The notes under the pieces are model-generated. The model made no database searches and was not told the origin of the DNA. It saw nothing but the letters and a program-made list of their open reading frames with translations. A DNA stretch of 47,489 bases from a phage, in assembly GCA_025699765.1 (NCBI GenBank), contig GCA_025699765.1_4134.1. One strand, 5' to 3'. Below, piece after piece: positions 1 to 9,593 of the stretch; position 1 is the stretch's first letter, and each line of letters begins with the position of its first letter. Made by a program: the position numbers and the translations under genes.

Positions 1-1
1 T

Positions 2-715
2 GAGGGGTCAAACTACTTCGAGACTAACAATAGATTCAGAGCCAATCAGTTTTTATGCCAGAAAACAACTATGGCTTATAACCAGATGTGGTCCGCTTCA
101 TGCTTTCAAGGAAATGCTTACACCGCTGATAGTGGTGCTGAAAACTATCAATCGCTTGTTGCTGGAACGTGCGACACTAGAGATAATGGATTCTTTGGCG
201 GCGTAGCTTTTGGCATGATGACTACGGGTAATAGTGAATGGCCCAGGGCACAAATATCAGTAGGTGTTCAAGATAGGGATGTAGCAGGCAATATTGGTCT
301 GCAAATGCATTTCAGGTTTATGGCTTCAGGGCAAATATCTTACTCTGGACCGCAATCGTCTGGAAGTTTCCAACAGGTTCCGGCATCTGACAGAAATATA
401 AAGCACAGCATAAAGGATGATGAATCAAGCATTGCATACAACAATATAAAATCAATGAGATTTAGGAACTTTATATTTAACGATGATGAGCAAGAAAGGG
501 TAAGGCGAGGTGTTATAGCTCAGGAGATAGAAGAGATCGACAATCTATATGTTAAGAGAAGGTTGTATGAGAGCCACGAGCTAAACGGGCCAAAAGTTGA
601 AAGGCTTGAGCTTGATACAACTCCTTTATTGCTTGACACTATGAGAGCTTTGCAGGATACAATAAAGAAAGTTGAAGAGTTACAAGAAGAGATAAAAATG
701 TTGAAGTCCAAATGA
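2..715 (+). CDS. Tail fibre, C-terminal fragment (5'-partial) with intramolecular chaperone-like domain
   Basis: Frame 2 is open from position 2, so the gene enters from upstream. The C-terminal ~130 aa (SDRNIKHSIKDDESSIAYNNIKSMRFRNF ... coiled-coil LQEEIKMLKSK) resembles the self-cleaving C-terminal chaperone of phage fibres/endosialidases. A hairpin terminator follows. Confidence 0.6.
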   Translation, partial: EGSNYFETNNRFRANQFLCQKTTMAYNQMWSASCFQGNAYTADSGAENYQSLVAGTCDTRDNGFFGGVAFGMMTTGNSEWPRAQISVGVQDRDVAGNIGLQMHFRFMASGQISYSGPQSSGSFQQVPASDRNIKHSIKDDESSIAYNNIKSMRFRNFIFNDDEQERVRRGVIAQEIEEIDNLYVKRRLYESHELNGPKVERLELDTTPLLLDTMRALQDTIKKVEELQEEIKMLKSK

Positions 716-721
716 TAAAAT

Positions 722-745
722 CCCCGCAATGCGGGGATTTTTGTT
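722..745. terminator. Hairpin (atccccgcaatgcggggat) plus T-run, bidirectional terminator between fibre and ssb
   Basis: Perfect 8-bp stem with 3-nt loop, flanked by an A-run and a T-run, between convergent genes. Confidence 0.5.
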
Positions 746-1157
746 AGAACGGGATATCATCATCGAAGGTTGATTGAGGATTTGGCTGTGGCTGTGATTG
801 CGTTCGTTGTTGTTGCTGCGGTGCTCGTTGTTGATTGCTTTGTCCTCGCTGACTAAATACCAACTTAGGGAAATCAGCAGCCTGCAATGAATTGTAAGTC
901 GTTCCGTTATGCTCACGGGATGAGATCTTCAACGTTTCGCAAGATACTGAAATTACCCGACCAACCTGAAACGCTTCGCGATACCAGTCAGCAAGACCAG
1001 GCTTTCCACCATCGCTAAAAAAGAATGTGTAGTTTGTGTATTCGCGATCGCCATCACGAGGCTTGTAGCTTTCTGCCAGTTCGATTATATAAGTATTCCC
1101 GCCATTACGTTCAAGAATCTTAGGTTCTTTTCGGATCTCGCCAGTGATAATATGCAT
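744..1157 (-). CDS. ssb: Single-stranded DNA-binding protein
   Basis: OB-fold-like N-terminus, Gln/Pro-rich linker and the acidic C-terminal tail DDDIPF typical of bacterial/phage SSB; AGGAGA ribosome-binding site upstream. Confidence 0.85.
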   Translation of the reverse strand: MHIITGEIRKEPKILERNGGNTYIIELAESYKPRDGDREYTNYTFFFSDGGKPGLADWYREAFQVGRVISVSCETLKISSREHNGTTYNSLQAADFPKLVFSQRGQSNQQRAPQQQQRTQSQPQPNPQSTFDDDIPF

Positions 1158-1203
1158 GATTTTCTCTCCTAAATTTTATGGGCGACCGAAGCCGCCCTGA
1201 TGA

Positions 1204-1851
1204 TTATTCGAAGTTGGTGATTGATTGAGATTGTACAGGCTTCGCGCTCGTTGCTTCAACCTGTTTTTTCTGTTCCGGTTGCGCTGGGCGAATGCCGCGA
1301 GCTTTGCCGATCTCAAATTTAGCCTTAAGTGCGTTGTAATGATCCTGAATGATTGATTTGCTCGCCGTGTCAGTTTGGCGGTAGGCGTTGGCCCATACAT
1401 CCTTCAGTGATTCGATATCTTCACACGCATCAAGTTCTTTCTTCCAGTCCTTGACAGATTTCACCGCAAGCTGCGCGTCGTCGTCACTTTGGCTAATTCC
1501 CAGCGCTGCGGCTAGAGAGTAGCGTCGCGCATACGTCATTGCAGAACCTACGCCTTGCGGATCGCGTTTTGCAATCGGCATCATCATGAAGAATTTGGCC
1601 CACTGCCCTGATTTGTGAATCAGCATAGTTTCAAGATGGAAAGTAGTTTCTGTACTGGTATCCAGCATTGATTGCAGGATCATGATATCGTTGTCGGTTA
1701 ACGCCGGACTGACTGCCGCCATCATTGCGTCAAGAGTTGCGTATGAATTTTTCAGGTGATTGTTTTTCGCGTCCTTTTTTGCCTTCGCGAATTTATTGCG
1801 AGCGTTGAACAGAGCCGGAAGGATTTCGTTTGTTTCTGGTGATAATTGCAT
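1204..1851 (-). CDS. erf: Erf-family single-strand annealing protein
   Basis: Motif GSAMTYARRYSLAAALGISQSDDD resembles the P22 Erf core (recalled from memory). Start refined to MQLSP with AGGAGA site; the track ORF begins 33 nt upstream. Confidence 0.65.
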   Translation of the reverse strand: MQLSPETNEILPALFNARNKFAKAKKDAKNNHLKNSYATLDAMMAAVSPALTDNDIMILQSMLDTSTETTFHLETMLIHKSGQWAKFFMMMPIAKRDPQGVGSAMTYARRYSLAAALGISQSDDDAQLAVKSVKDWKKELDACEDIESLKDVWANAYRQTDTASKSIIQDHYNALKAKFEIGKARGIRPAQPEQKKQVEATSAKPVQSQSITNFE

Positions 1852-1925
1852 CTTAACTTCTCCTGATTGGTGTATGAGGTGCATTATAACACCTCATTAA
1901 TTATTTGTTTAGCTATTTGTGCCGT

Positions 1926-2990
1926 TTACTTGTTTTGGTAGCGTACCCATGACGGCGTTTCAAGTTCAATCTCGCTTGCATCGCCAGCGTATCCAGGCCA
2001 AACATCCATTTCAGAGCAAGCCTTGTAAGTGTGGACTACGCTAATGTACTGACTGCGCCCGATCCTGATTTGCTCCATCGTCATACGATAAGCAAGGGCG
2101 ATGTAAGGCTCTTTTTTCTCCTGTGCCAGCAATCGAACTACGATCGGGATATCTTCCGGAAAGTCTCCTTCAAAAGCGCCAGCCTGGATTGCACGTCGTA
2201 GCAGGTCATGCTGCAAGGCCATTTTCAGGTAATATCCGTGATTGTATGCCAGTCGCGGGAACTCTAACGGGTTGGCGCTCATTGTAGTTTTGAAGTCAGT
2301 GATAATTAGCGCTTCAGGGAAAATAACGTCTTCAAATACAGGATCGCCGTTCTCATCATAACCAGTCAGCACTCGGCCTGGAACATTCTCTTTGTAGTCC
2401 AGATGGTCAAGACGAACCTTAACTTTGACGCCGGATATCTCACCGAAGATTGAGATCTCACGCTGCGCCGTTTTGCTGTTGATACACGCTTCATGATCGG
2501 GGTTCTGTTCAAGTATAGCTCTCATCTTCATGCAAGCATCATATTTATCAGCGTCAACCAGTTGCTTTCCTTCAGCGCGAGCCTCAGCTTCAGCAATAAG
2601 TTCAATAAGATATTGAACATTGAGATCTTCACCACAATCAACCATCATTTTGATGAGGTCAGGGTACTGCTTTCCTGATGTACCTTTCAGGCCGAATGAT
2701 TTTAATTTCGATGCAAGAGCGGCTTGTGACGTAATGAGATCCTTAAACTCTGACGGAGCCGGGCAACGGGCATACGATGCAGTAAACAGATCGCGACTCT
2801 CAAAGTTAGTATGCGACTGAGTACCAAATTCCAGCGCTTTAGTTGTCTCGTTCTTCTTGAATCGCCAGTTAGCCGGGCAAGTCTGATAGATTTCAGCAAG
2901 GCTAGATCCGCTTACATACTCCGCAGCCCAACCTTCATTGCTGTGATACTCGTCATTAGAAAGCTGACTTGATGTGAATACTTGGAACAT
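1926..2990 (-). CDS. Recombination exonuclease, PD-(D/E)XK (RecE/YqaJ-like)
   Basis: 354 aa with a D...ITDFKTT (D-x-K) nuclease motif; sits directly upstream of erf and ssb as in phage recombination modules; GGAG site before the ATG. Confidence 0.65.
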   Translation of the reverse strand: MFQVFTSSQLSNDEYHSNEGWAAEYVSGSSLAEIYQTCPANWRFKKNETTKALEFGTQSHTNFESRDLFTASYARCPAPSEFKDLITSQAALASKLKSFGLKGTSGKQYPDLIKMMVDCGEDLNVQYLIELIAEAEARAEGKQLVDADKYDACMKMRAILEQNPDHEACINSKTAQREISIFGEISGVKVKVRLDHLDYKENVPGRVLTGYDENGDPVFEDVIFPEALIITDFKTTMSANPLEFPRLAYNHGYYLKMALQHDLLRRAIQAGAFEGDFPEDIPIVVRLLAQEKKEPYIALAYRMTMEQIRIGRSQYISVVHTYKACSEMDVWPGYAGDASEIELETPSWVRYQNK

Positions 2991-3517
2991 TGCGTTTATC
3001 TCCTTCGTTTACGATGAATCCATTATAGCCATTAACAGCGTTTAGTCAATCGAATACATGTAATTGGTGTGTAATCGCGTGTCTATATTGCTCAAGTTAC
3101 AACCAGCATCAGCAGAATCAATGTCTTAAGTAGATTTTTATGCGCTGTCTATTGCGTAACACTTGTAACCGCTTTTTCTTAGAAATACAGAGATACCTAC
3201 AAATAGAATCCACATTGATTAAATTTTGAACATACATGATAGAAACTTGACGAATCAATCAAATCACCTGTTACACGATAGACAACTGTTACACAACAAT
3301 AATTATATATATAAAGCTAAAATTAAATATTATATATCTATATATATTATATAGAGTTTTTATCATATCTACCTGCGGTCGGATAGGGTCGATTTTGTAA
3401 CACCCCTTCCAGTGACAAAAATATACACCTGTTACACGAAAAATTTTGTAATCCAGCTATTGCAATAAAAGTAAATGCGACATACAATGCAATCACACTA
3501 ACGACGAGGACATACAA
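2991..3517. promoter_or_regulatory. AT-rich divergent control region with short direct and inverted repeats
   Basis: 527 bp non-coding stretch between divergent genes. CTGTTACAC occurs three times (about 3270, 3286, 3430), TGTCTAT twice, and there is a (TA)n-rich core at 3300-3360 containing tatatatattatataga, also found at about 32735. Confidence 0.45.
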
Positions 3518-3748
3518 ATGAAAAAGTTAATCACCATTATTGCTGCTGCATTCATCCTGACTGGTTGCGCTCAGAATCTTAAAAATGGAGACTGCGTCAC
3601 TTACGCTTACGGATCTTGCATGATGCGATTCGTTGACGGTAAGAAGGTTCCGGCTGGCGAAATCGATATGCGATTCAAAGGTCTGTCATCCGACGACGAT
3701 CAGGGTAACTTCAGCGGTAAGGTATCAATCAAAACCAAAGAGTGGTAA
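3518..3748 (+). CDS. Small lipoprotein, possible Cor/Llp-like superinfection-exclusion protein
   Basis: N-terminal signal peptide with lipobox LTGC (MKKLITIIAAAFILTGCAQ); 76 aa; lies next to the tail-tip gene, as for cor in phi80/N15 and llp in T5. Function inferred from size and position only. Confidence 0.5.
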   Translation: MKKLITIIAAAFILTGCAQNLKNGDCVTYAYGSCMMRFVDGKKVPAGEIDMRFKGLSSDDDQGNFSGKVSIKTKEW

Positions 3749-3750
3749 TT

Positions 3751-4707
3751 ATGGGACAAGGAATATACATAAACCTAAATGACGGTCGTCCAGCAATGGA
3801 GATAACCTCGGGACTTCGCGCCCCGTCATGGTGCGGACCAATACAAGCGGACGGGGTTGATTCATCTGGATCGGTTTTTGATTTTGGTCTGCAAATGAGT
3901 CCAGGATCTACCGCTTTTTGCCTTCCATCTCAGGCTATCTACATAGACGACATGTATTATATCCCGGAGGTGTATTATTTAACCAGCTTTCAGAAGGTTA
4001 ATGATTCAACAGGGAGAATAACGGTAGGTAATTTTAACGGTCATCGTGGAAGGAGAATGAGATTTTATGGAAACTGTTACGAAATCCTCCCAGCTCAGGC
4101 TGGAAATCAGGGGATGCTTGTTAGCGATTCAACGAACTTCGCGGCGATACCGAATAACGCCAGGTTGATGAGCGCGGCATTTGTTGGAGGTATCCAGGTT
4201 AACGGTCAGGCTCAGTTGCCAGTCCAGGGTGTTCCTTTCGGTATGTGGGATAACCCAAATGTAACACTGGAATCTGACGGGAATACAATATGGTGCAGAG
4301 ACGCAAACTATAACGGTATTGATGACGTTGGCGCGAGCGTATACGTTCAACTCGTAATATTTAATAACACTCCACCACCTCCCGGTCCGGGAATCACTAT
4401 GAGCAACCCTGCTGGTCAGATCGTTTTCTCAAGCGTTCGACGTCCTTTTGTTCTCGGCGGGACTATGGCGATAAATGACGGGTGGCAGTGGTGTGGTGGA
4501 TTTTTCCCAATACTAAGAACAGGTACGATATGTAGAGTTACAGGTGGATATAATAACATTCGATACAAGGGCGTGTGTATGAGCGGCGGTAACGTGAGAA
4601 GCGCCCCCGGAACAAGAGTAGGTAACTATTCCACCCAAAGCGGAGCGCGATTCCCCTTCAATATAAACATTTCAATGCCAATTCCTTTCACTCCAAACAT
4701 GTATTAA
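3751..4707 (+). CDS. Hypothetical protein, 318 aa, co-transcribed with the lipoprotein
   Basis: Long ORF starting 3 nt after the lipoprotein stop, with a Pro-rich PPPPGPG segment and no signal peptide. No family recognised. Ends at a bidirectional terminator. Confidence 0.5.
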   Translation: MGQGIYINLNDGRPAMEITSGLRAPSWCGPIQADGVDSSGSVFDFGLQMSPGSTAFCLPSQAIYIDDMYYIPEVYYLTSFQKVNDSTGRITVGNFNGHRGRRMRFYGNCYEILPAQAGNQGMLVSDSTNFAAIPNNARLMSAAFVGGIQVNGQAQLPVQGVPFGMWDNPNVTLESDGNTIWCRDANYNGIDDVGASVYVQLVIFNNTPPPPGPGITMSNPAGQIVFSSVRRPFVLGGTMAINDGWQWCGGFFPILRTGTICRVTGGYNNIRYKGVCMSGGNVRSAPGTRVGNYSTQSGARFPFNINISMPIPFTPNMY

Positions 4708-4710
4708 AAA

Positions 4711-4733
4711 AAAGGGGCCAGTCGGCCCCTTTC
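4711..4733. terminator. Bidirectional hairpin terminator (ggggccagtcggcccc)
   Basis: GC stem flanked by an A-run and T-rich sequence, between the convergent 318-aa gene and the J-like gene. Confidence 0.5.
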
Positions 4734-4735
4734 TG

Positions 4736-7700
4736 TTACCAGACACCAACAACCACTCGGCCCCCGTTAGGTAGGTTAACCGTGATCCCGTTATTGTTTA
4801 TCTGAACCGTATTGTTTGTCCCGTTGAATGCAAACGATCCGTTGTCTGCATACAAAGCACCCCTTACGGTTGCGTTCATGAAGTAAGCTGCACCATTCTT
4901 GTTAATATGCCATCCTTGATTTCCATCCCAATTGTTAGACTGAATCGCGTTACCAATCATGGCGTTAGTAATAAATCCATCCTTGATAATCGCGCTATTT
5001 AGAATAACCTGGCCATTCTCAACAACGAATGGGTACTGAGTCTGACCATTCATCCCTGTCATGATTGCAAATCGTGATGCCTCAAACAAAATCTGCGCCT
5101 TAACTGCTGCGCCTGAACCAATCAGAGACATAGCCATGCCTGCACTGTATTCCTGCCCATTATACTTAAGGCCCATCTTGACGCCGTACATTGCACCAGT
5201 CGAATCCGCATTGCTCCACGAATCAAGTTTTTGAGAAAGTGCTGCCTCATTATTCCCAAGCCTCGCGCTTAACGACAAGTCAGCTTGCGTTCTCGCCTCA
5301 GTCTCGTTTGCTATAGCCTCTCTGATATCAGTCAAACTTGCCTGGATATCATCACCAATCTCTGCCTTGAGTTGGTCAATTTCACGCGATAGCGCTCCAG
5401 TCTCAGTCGCTATAACTTCACGCAATTCGCTATTGCTTGCGCTAATCTGATCGTCAAAACTTGCCTTCAACTGCTCGATCGCCGTCACTCGCGCCTGCGT
5501 CTCATCAGCAATAAGTTTCAGTGATTTCGTGTACTCAGCTTTTCGTTTTCCGTTCTCCTTCTTCATGTAGATCGCGTCTTTATCATTGGCGAGCGCGTTT
5601 TCTATTGCTGCCTCTGCGTTAGCTGCGTTCTGCGCCGCGTTGTCTGTTGCGTTATCAACAAGCCACTCGTAACCCGGCGAGTTTTCGATATCGACAGAAA
5701 TCTCTCCGATGATATCGTCAACGTTTGTTGATGCCATACCTCTGACAAAATCAGTCCACTGAGACACGTTACCGATCCTGTCAACCGTCCTTACCCGATA
5801 CCACACAATATTCCCTCCAGGCATCGGTGAGTGATAATACTCATGCTGCGGGTACGGAATCAAAGAAAGCAAACTTGCGTTATCCACTGTTCCATCCGGT
5901 GACTGTTGCAACTCTGTATAGGCCGTATCTCCAGAACCATCAGAGAACCCCCATTTTGTACGGATACCAAAAACAACATCATCCGTAGCTGTAAGGTTAA
6001 TAGGTCGTCCCGGCTCACCTTGTTTACCCGTCAGCGTCGCAGCTACGATATTTGACCATCCTGAAGTCGTACCGGAACCAGCGACAGATCGAACGCGAAC
6101 CTGATAGTTGCCAGCGTAAATCCCTTCAACATAAACCTCCTTGTTTGCCGTCTGCGGGACGTTCTGCCAGTTGCCATTATCCTTTCGCCACTGGACGTCA
6201 TAGAAAACTGCGTACGGAACTTTATCCCAGCTAACAATCATCGTTTCTACGCTCATCCCCTGGACGATTCGTGATTCTGAGGACACTTGCACGTTTTCCG
6301 GTCTAGGGATCTGATCTGGTTCAACGATGCTAGTCGGTCGGTCGTCGATATTAACTCCGTAATCAATCTCATCGTACTTGTTAGGATTGTACTCCACCGC
6401 CGTGATTTTGTAGGTAAATTCCTCATCATCATCGCCCTTATCGATTTTTGTCACGACGTACTGCTGTAACGCAATGTCGGTGCGGTCGATAGCGAATACC
6501 GTGTTAGGCTTCACAGGAAAGCCAAAGCCAATGTTAACCTCTATAGTCTTACCATCCGCACTAACACTTGAGATTGTGCGCTTCACTGGCTTGCCATCTG
6601 GCTTATTTACGATAATAAAGTCACCAGCGCGTGCATCCACACGGAACGGCAAGAAAATCTGACTACCGGATACTTCGAGCAAGCGCCCTGATAGGTTCAT
6701 CGTTAAGTTACTTGACCAGAAGTTATCAGCTATTGCCACAACATCTCCGATTGTCGGGATCATGCCCTCAAGTCCGGTAGCGAAGTTTACCGTAGTGCTG
6801 CGGAGGTTAGTTTTCAGAATCCATCTCCCGCGTCGGTTAGCTTCACTTCGACGTGTGCACCCGATCGCTGTAATGCTCGTTACGTTATTCCCGAACCGTA
6901 GAGTTGCCTCTCTGTCGAATACTGGCTCAACGTCCTGCTGATACATGTTTTGTTCATCATCAAACATAACGTTGCACGTCGTGTACATACTTTTCTCGCT
7001 TGCGAACGTGTAGGAGAAGTCACCATTAACCACGTTGTCGTTAGTGAAGATGTACGCAGGTTCACGCGGCCTGTCGATGATTACCGAAATGCTTTCACCA
7101 TTCCAAAAGCTCATTCCACGGAAGATTGAGCAAATATCTCGAATCACCTTGTACGCATCAGTCTGTGACTGAATTATCACGTCGCAAAGGTAGCGAGGCT
7201 CAGTACCGCCTTTACCGTCAGGAACCATCTGATCACAATATTGCGCCGCCTCATATAGCGCCCATTTATCGACAGATATTCCAAGCTCTTTCTGATCAAG
7301 CCCATAACGCTGATTAATCATCAGGTCATAAAGTACCCAGGCAGGATTATTAGTCCACGCCTTCTTAAAAGTTCCATCCCAATTTCCGTTATAAGTTCGT
7401 GATTCTGGATCATAGTTTGACGGAACGTTTACAATCTTCCAGCGCTTACGAATTGAGATCGTAGGTAACTGGTTTGGGAACATCTTCGAATCGAACTCGA
7501 CGAAAAGAAGACCAGTCAGAGGGTAACGGAATTTGGCATCAATCACCTCGGCATAGCTCTTTACCTGAATCGCGTCAACAACGTTCGAGTCGTTAGAGTC
7601 TGGAGTTTTACGAACGACTCTGAATATCACCTGATTGTTGAAGTTAGGTAGGTTTACACGCCTGCTTCGATCGTAACCTGACATTGTTTTGCCTTCGATT

Positions 7701-8185
7701 ACATCGGTGAGCACCGTCTCAAACGAGCCGCCATCAACAGCTTGTTGCACCTCATACTCAACTCTTACGCCGTTTTTATCACCGTTGCTTTCAATTCGTA
7801 CTCCGCGAGGCATAAACATTTTGATACGGATTGCAGAAAGCGTTTTGTTGGTTACTGAGATCGTGTATGGGTTATCTGTAGTAACCTCACGGCTTACAGT
7901 TACCTCACTAGAGCTATCTTCCATCCCCTTGATATATTCCTGAGTCTGCGTCCCAGGCCTAAACTCTGCCTTTACTCCCTCGAAGTTAAATGAGCCATCC
8001 TCGTTTTGCACCGGGACTGAGTTAAACATCAACTGCTTTAGGCTGAATGTTTCGTCAATCTCGCCATCAGACACAGCTAACAGGATCTTGATTTTGTTGA
8101 TTGAGATTAGATTATCTTCCATCTCAACTGGCTTATGCGGCTTAGGTGAACCGCCTTTCGATCCGCTTATCACTTTTTGAATCAT
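4736..8185 (-). CDS. Tail tip / host-specificity protein (lambda J-like central fibre)
   Basis: 1149 aa; N-terminal two-thirds carries the conserved J-family core (NPAWVLYDLMINQRYGLDQ...), then a fibronectin-III-like region and a divergent C-terminal domain. Position after I/K/L/M matches lambda-like tail modules. Confidence 0.9.
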   Translation of the reverse strand: MIQKVISGSKGGSPKPHKPVEMEDNLISINKIKILLAVSDGEIDETFSLKQLMFNSVPVQNEDGSFNFEGVKAEFRPGTQTQEYIKGMEDSSSEVTVSREVTTDNPYTISVTNKTLSAIRIKMFMPRGVRIESNGDKNGVRVEYEVQQAVDGGSFETVLTDVIEGKTMSGYDRSRRVNLPNFNNQVIFRVVRKTPDSNDSNVVDAIQVKSYAEVIDAKFRYPLTGLLFVEFDSKMFPNQLPTISIRKRWKIVNVPSNYDPESRTYNGNWDGTFKKAWTNNPAWVLYDLMINQRYGLDQKELGISVDKWALYEAAQYCDQMVPDGKGGTEPRYLCDVIIQSQTDAYKVIRDICSIFRGMSFWNGESISVIIDRPREPAYIFTNDNVVNGDFSYTFASEKSMYTTCNVMFDDEQNMYQQDVEPVFDREATLRFGNNVTSITAIGCTRRSEANRRGRWILKTNLRSTTVNFATGLEGMIPTIGDVVAIADNFWSSNLTMNLSGRLLEVSGSQIFLPFRVDARAGDFIIVNKPDGKPVKRTISSVSADGKTIEVNIGFGFPVKPNTVFAIDRTDIALQQYVVTKIDKGDDDEEFTYKITAVEYNPNKYDEIDYGVNIDDRPTSIVEPDQIPRPENVQVSSESRIVQGMSVETMIVSWDKVPYAVFYDVQWRKDNGNWQNVPQTANKEVYVEGIYAGNYQVRVRSVAGSGTTSGWSNIVAATLTGKQGEPGRPINLTATDDVVFGIRTKWGFSDGSGDTAYTELQQSPDGTVDNASLLSLIPYPQHEYYHSPMPGGNIVWYRVRTVDRIGNVSQWTDFVRGMASTNVDDIIGEISVDIENSPGYEWLVDNATDNAAQNAANAEAAIENALANDKDAIYMKKENGKRKAEYTKSLKLIADETQARVTAIEQLKASFDDQISASNSELREVIATETGALSREIDQLKAEIGDDIQASLTDIREAIANETEARTQADLSLSARLGNNEAALSQKLDSWSNADSTGAMYGVKMGLKYNGQEYSAGMAMSLIGSGAAVKAQILFEASRFAIMTGMNGQTQYPFVVENGQVILNSAIIKDGFITNAMIGNAIQSNNWDGNQGWHINKNGAAYFMNATVRGALYADNGSFAFNGTNNTVQINNNGITVNLPNGGRVVVGVW

Positions 8186-8232
8186 GATGTTTACCTTTTT
8201 GTGCTATTTATCGGTGAACCCATTATACAGGC

Positions 8233-8258
8233 GAAAAAAAACCCGCGCAAGGCGGGTT
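8233..8258 (-). terminator. Rho-independent terminator (cccgccttgcgcggg + T8 on minus strand)
   Basis: Hairpin plus U-run after gene I. The same 22-nt sequence recurs at 10879-10900. Confidence 0.5.
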
Positions 8259-8262
8259 AATT

Positions 8263-8862
8263 TTAACTCATATCCTCGGCATAAGAACCTGCTGAGAAAG
8301 TTGCGCCACCTCCGGCGCGATATCCATACGGGACCGGGAGAGGGTATCCCGCCGCCGTCGTGTTGACAGCACCGCCGAACGCGTACGAAGGTTTATTCTT
8401 GCTTGATTGAACTTCAAAGTTTGCTCCACCCGGCTGCGGTGAAATCATTTGCATCACGCCGCCCAGCACCATAGCGCCGCCCATCATAAACAGAGACGAG
8501 GACATTGTGCCCATTAAAGCCAGAGATGCGCCGCCAGTATAGAATGCTGCAACCATTATTGCCGCGCCCAATACAACCTGAAATAGACCGCCTGACTTAG
8601 AGCCAGTTGGGATCGGGACGATTCTTATCTCTTTAGCGCATTTGAATTTTTCCTCTTCGTGGTGGCCTATGTTGATGCCATCCACAAATATTGCAAACTT
8701 GCTACGAGATCCTACCTCGCTTTGCATGTATTCTTTAAATCCGTCTACCTGACTGGATAGCGCCCGGATAGCTTCCGGGTAAGAGTCAACAGCGAATCTG
8801 TGAAAGACTCCGAAGCGTCTGCCAAGTGAACCGGATAGTTTGATTACTTTTACATCATTCAT
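8263..8862 (-). CDS. Tail assembly protein I-like
   Basis: N-terminal ubiquitin-like region and Gly-rich hydrophobic C-terminus, as in lambda gpI; sits between the K-like and J-like genes. Confidence 0.7.
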   Translation of the reverse strand: MNDVKVIKLSGSLGRRFGVFHRFAVDSYPEAIRALSSQVDGFKEYMQSEVGSRSKFAIFVDGINIGHHEEEKFKCAKEIRIVPIPTGSKSGGLFQVVLGAAIMVAAFYTGGASLALMGTMSSSLFMMGGAMVLGGVMQMISPQPGGANFEVQSSKNKPSYAFGGAVNTTAAGYPLPVPYGYRAGGGATFSAGSYAEDMS

Positions 8863-9593
8863 AATTTAAGATCCTTATGGCGAACAATTAAAACTGTGTG
8901 ATCCTGATACCAGCCGGAATAAATATCACGACGTGATAGCTTTCCGAATGCGTGATGCAAGATCTGATTATCACCCAGGTAAATCCCTGCGTGATTCCAT
9001 ACCGGAACATTTTGCCCTATCTGCATGATTACCATATCACCGAATGACGGATTATTCTGATCTGGAATCTCAACGAATCCATCTTGCTTGTAATAATCCT
9101 GATAGAGATTAATTCCATATTCCGGTTTCCACCATTCAAAATTCAACCTTCGATCGCGCAATTCTACGCCGTGCTCTTTGTGCCAAGCCATAACAAGACC
9201 GTAACAGTCAAATGAGCCTAACGACCACGGACGACCAATCAGGGGTAATTTCTCAGGCTTCACAAATCGCATATCTCCTTCCGGTACGCTAACAATAATC
9301 CAGGTCACCTCCATCTCATTACACATGCACGTATCGTGAGCGCTCGGTAGAGTTGTAGCCCCGTCTCCGGTGTGGCTGTGGACGATTGCGATCGTGGTTG
9401 AGTCTGCGTCGTCCTCAATGCATGCGTATTGCACTGCGTCCATCATGAAGTGATTTTCAGGATCGCGATGCACGTTATCAACGCGATGGTATTTTTGCAC
9501 GCGGCCCTTTTGGGTGACTACCCCGCAGCATTCGCGGGGGTATTCTTCTTGTGCATGAGTCATGATTTCAAGTTTAATTTTTGCGCTAATCAT
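8859..9593 (-). CDS. Tail assembly protein K-like (MPN/JAMM plus NlpC/P60 domains)
   Basis: JAMM-like motif HSHTGDGATTLPSAHD, then an NlpC/P60-like Cys/His region (CYGLV...H); gpK position. Confidence 0.8.
   Translation of the reverse strand: MISAKIKLEIMTHAQEEYPRECCGVVTQKGRVQKYHRVDNVHRDPENHFMMDAVQYACIEDDADSTTIAIVHSHTGDGATTLPSAHDTCMCNEMEVTWIIVSVPEGDMRFVKPEKLPLIGRPWSLGSFDCYGLVMAWHKEHGVELRDRRLNFEWWKPEYGINLYQDYYKQDGFVEIPDQNNPSFGDMVIMQIGQNVPVWNHAGIYLGDNQILHHAFGKLSRRDIYSGWYQDHTVLIVRHKDLKL

Noticed and set aside
1176-1400. 74-aa minus-strand ORF overlapping the 3' end of erf
   Set aside because: Alternative frame within the erf coding region; basic low-complexity product; its start would lie in the ssb-erf gap without a ribosome-binding site.
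3300-3360. Possible CRISPR array or IS element in the (TA)n-rich repeat regions (also 32690-32780)
   Set aside because: The repeats are short AT dinucleotide-like runs with no regular repeat-spacer periodicity of 28-37 bp, no cas genes, no terminal inverted repeats and no transposase ORF. A regulatory or origin region is the better reading.
5602-7943. Short ORFs on both strands inside the J-like tail tip gene (5602-5784, 6043-6237, 6052-6234, 6287-6469, 6474-6662, 6880-7065, 7126-7317, 7689-7943)
   Set aside because: Each is nested in or antisense to the 1149-aa tail tip gene, which carries a strong family signature throughout; none has an independent translation signal.
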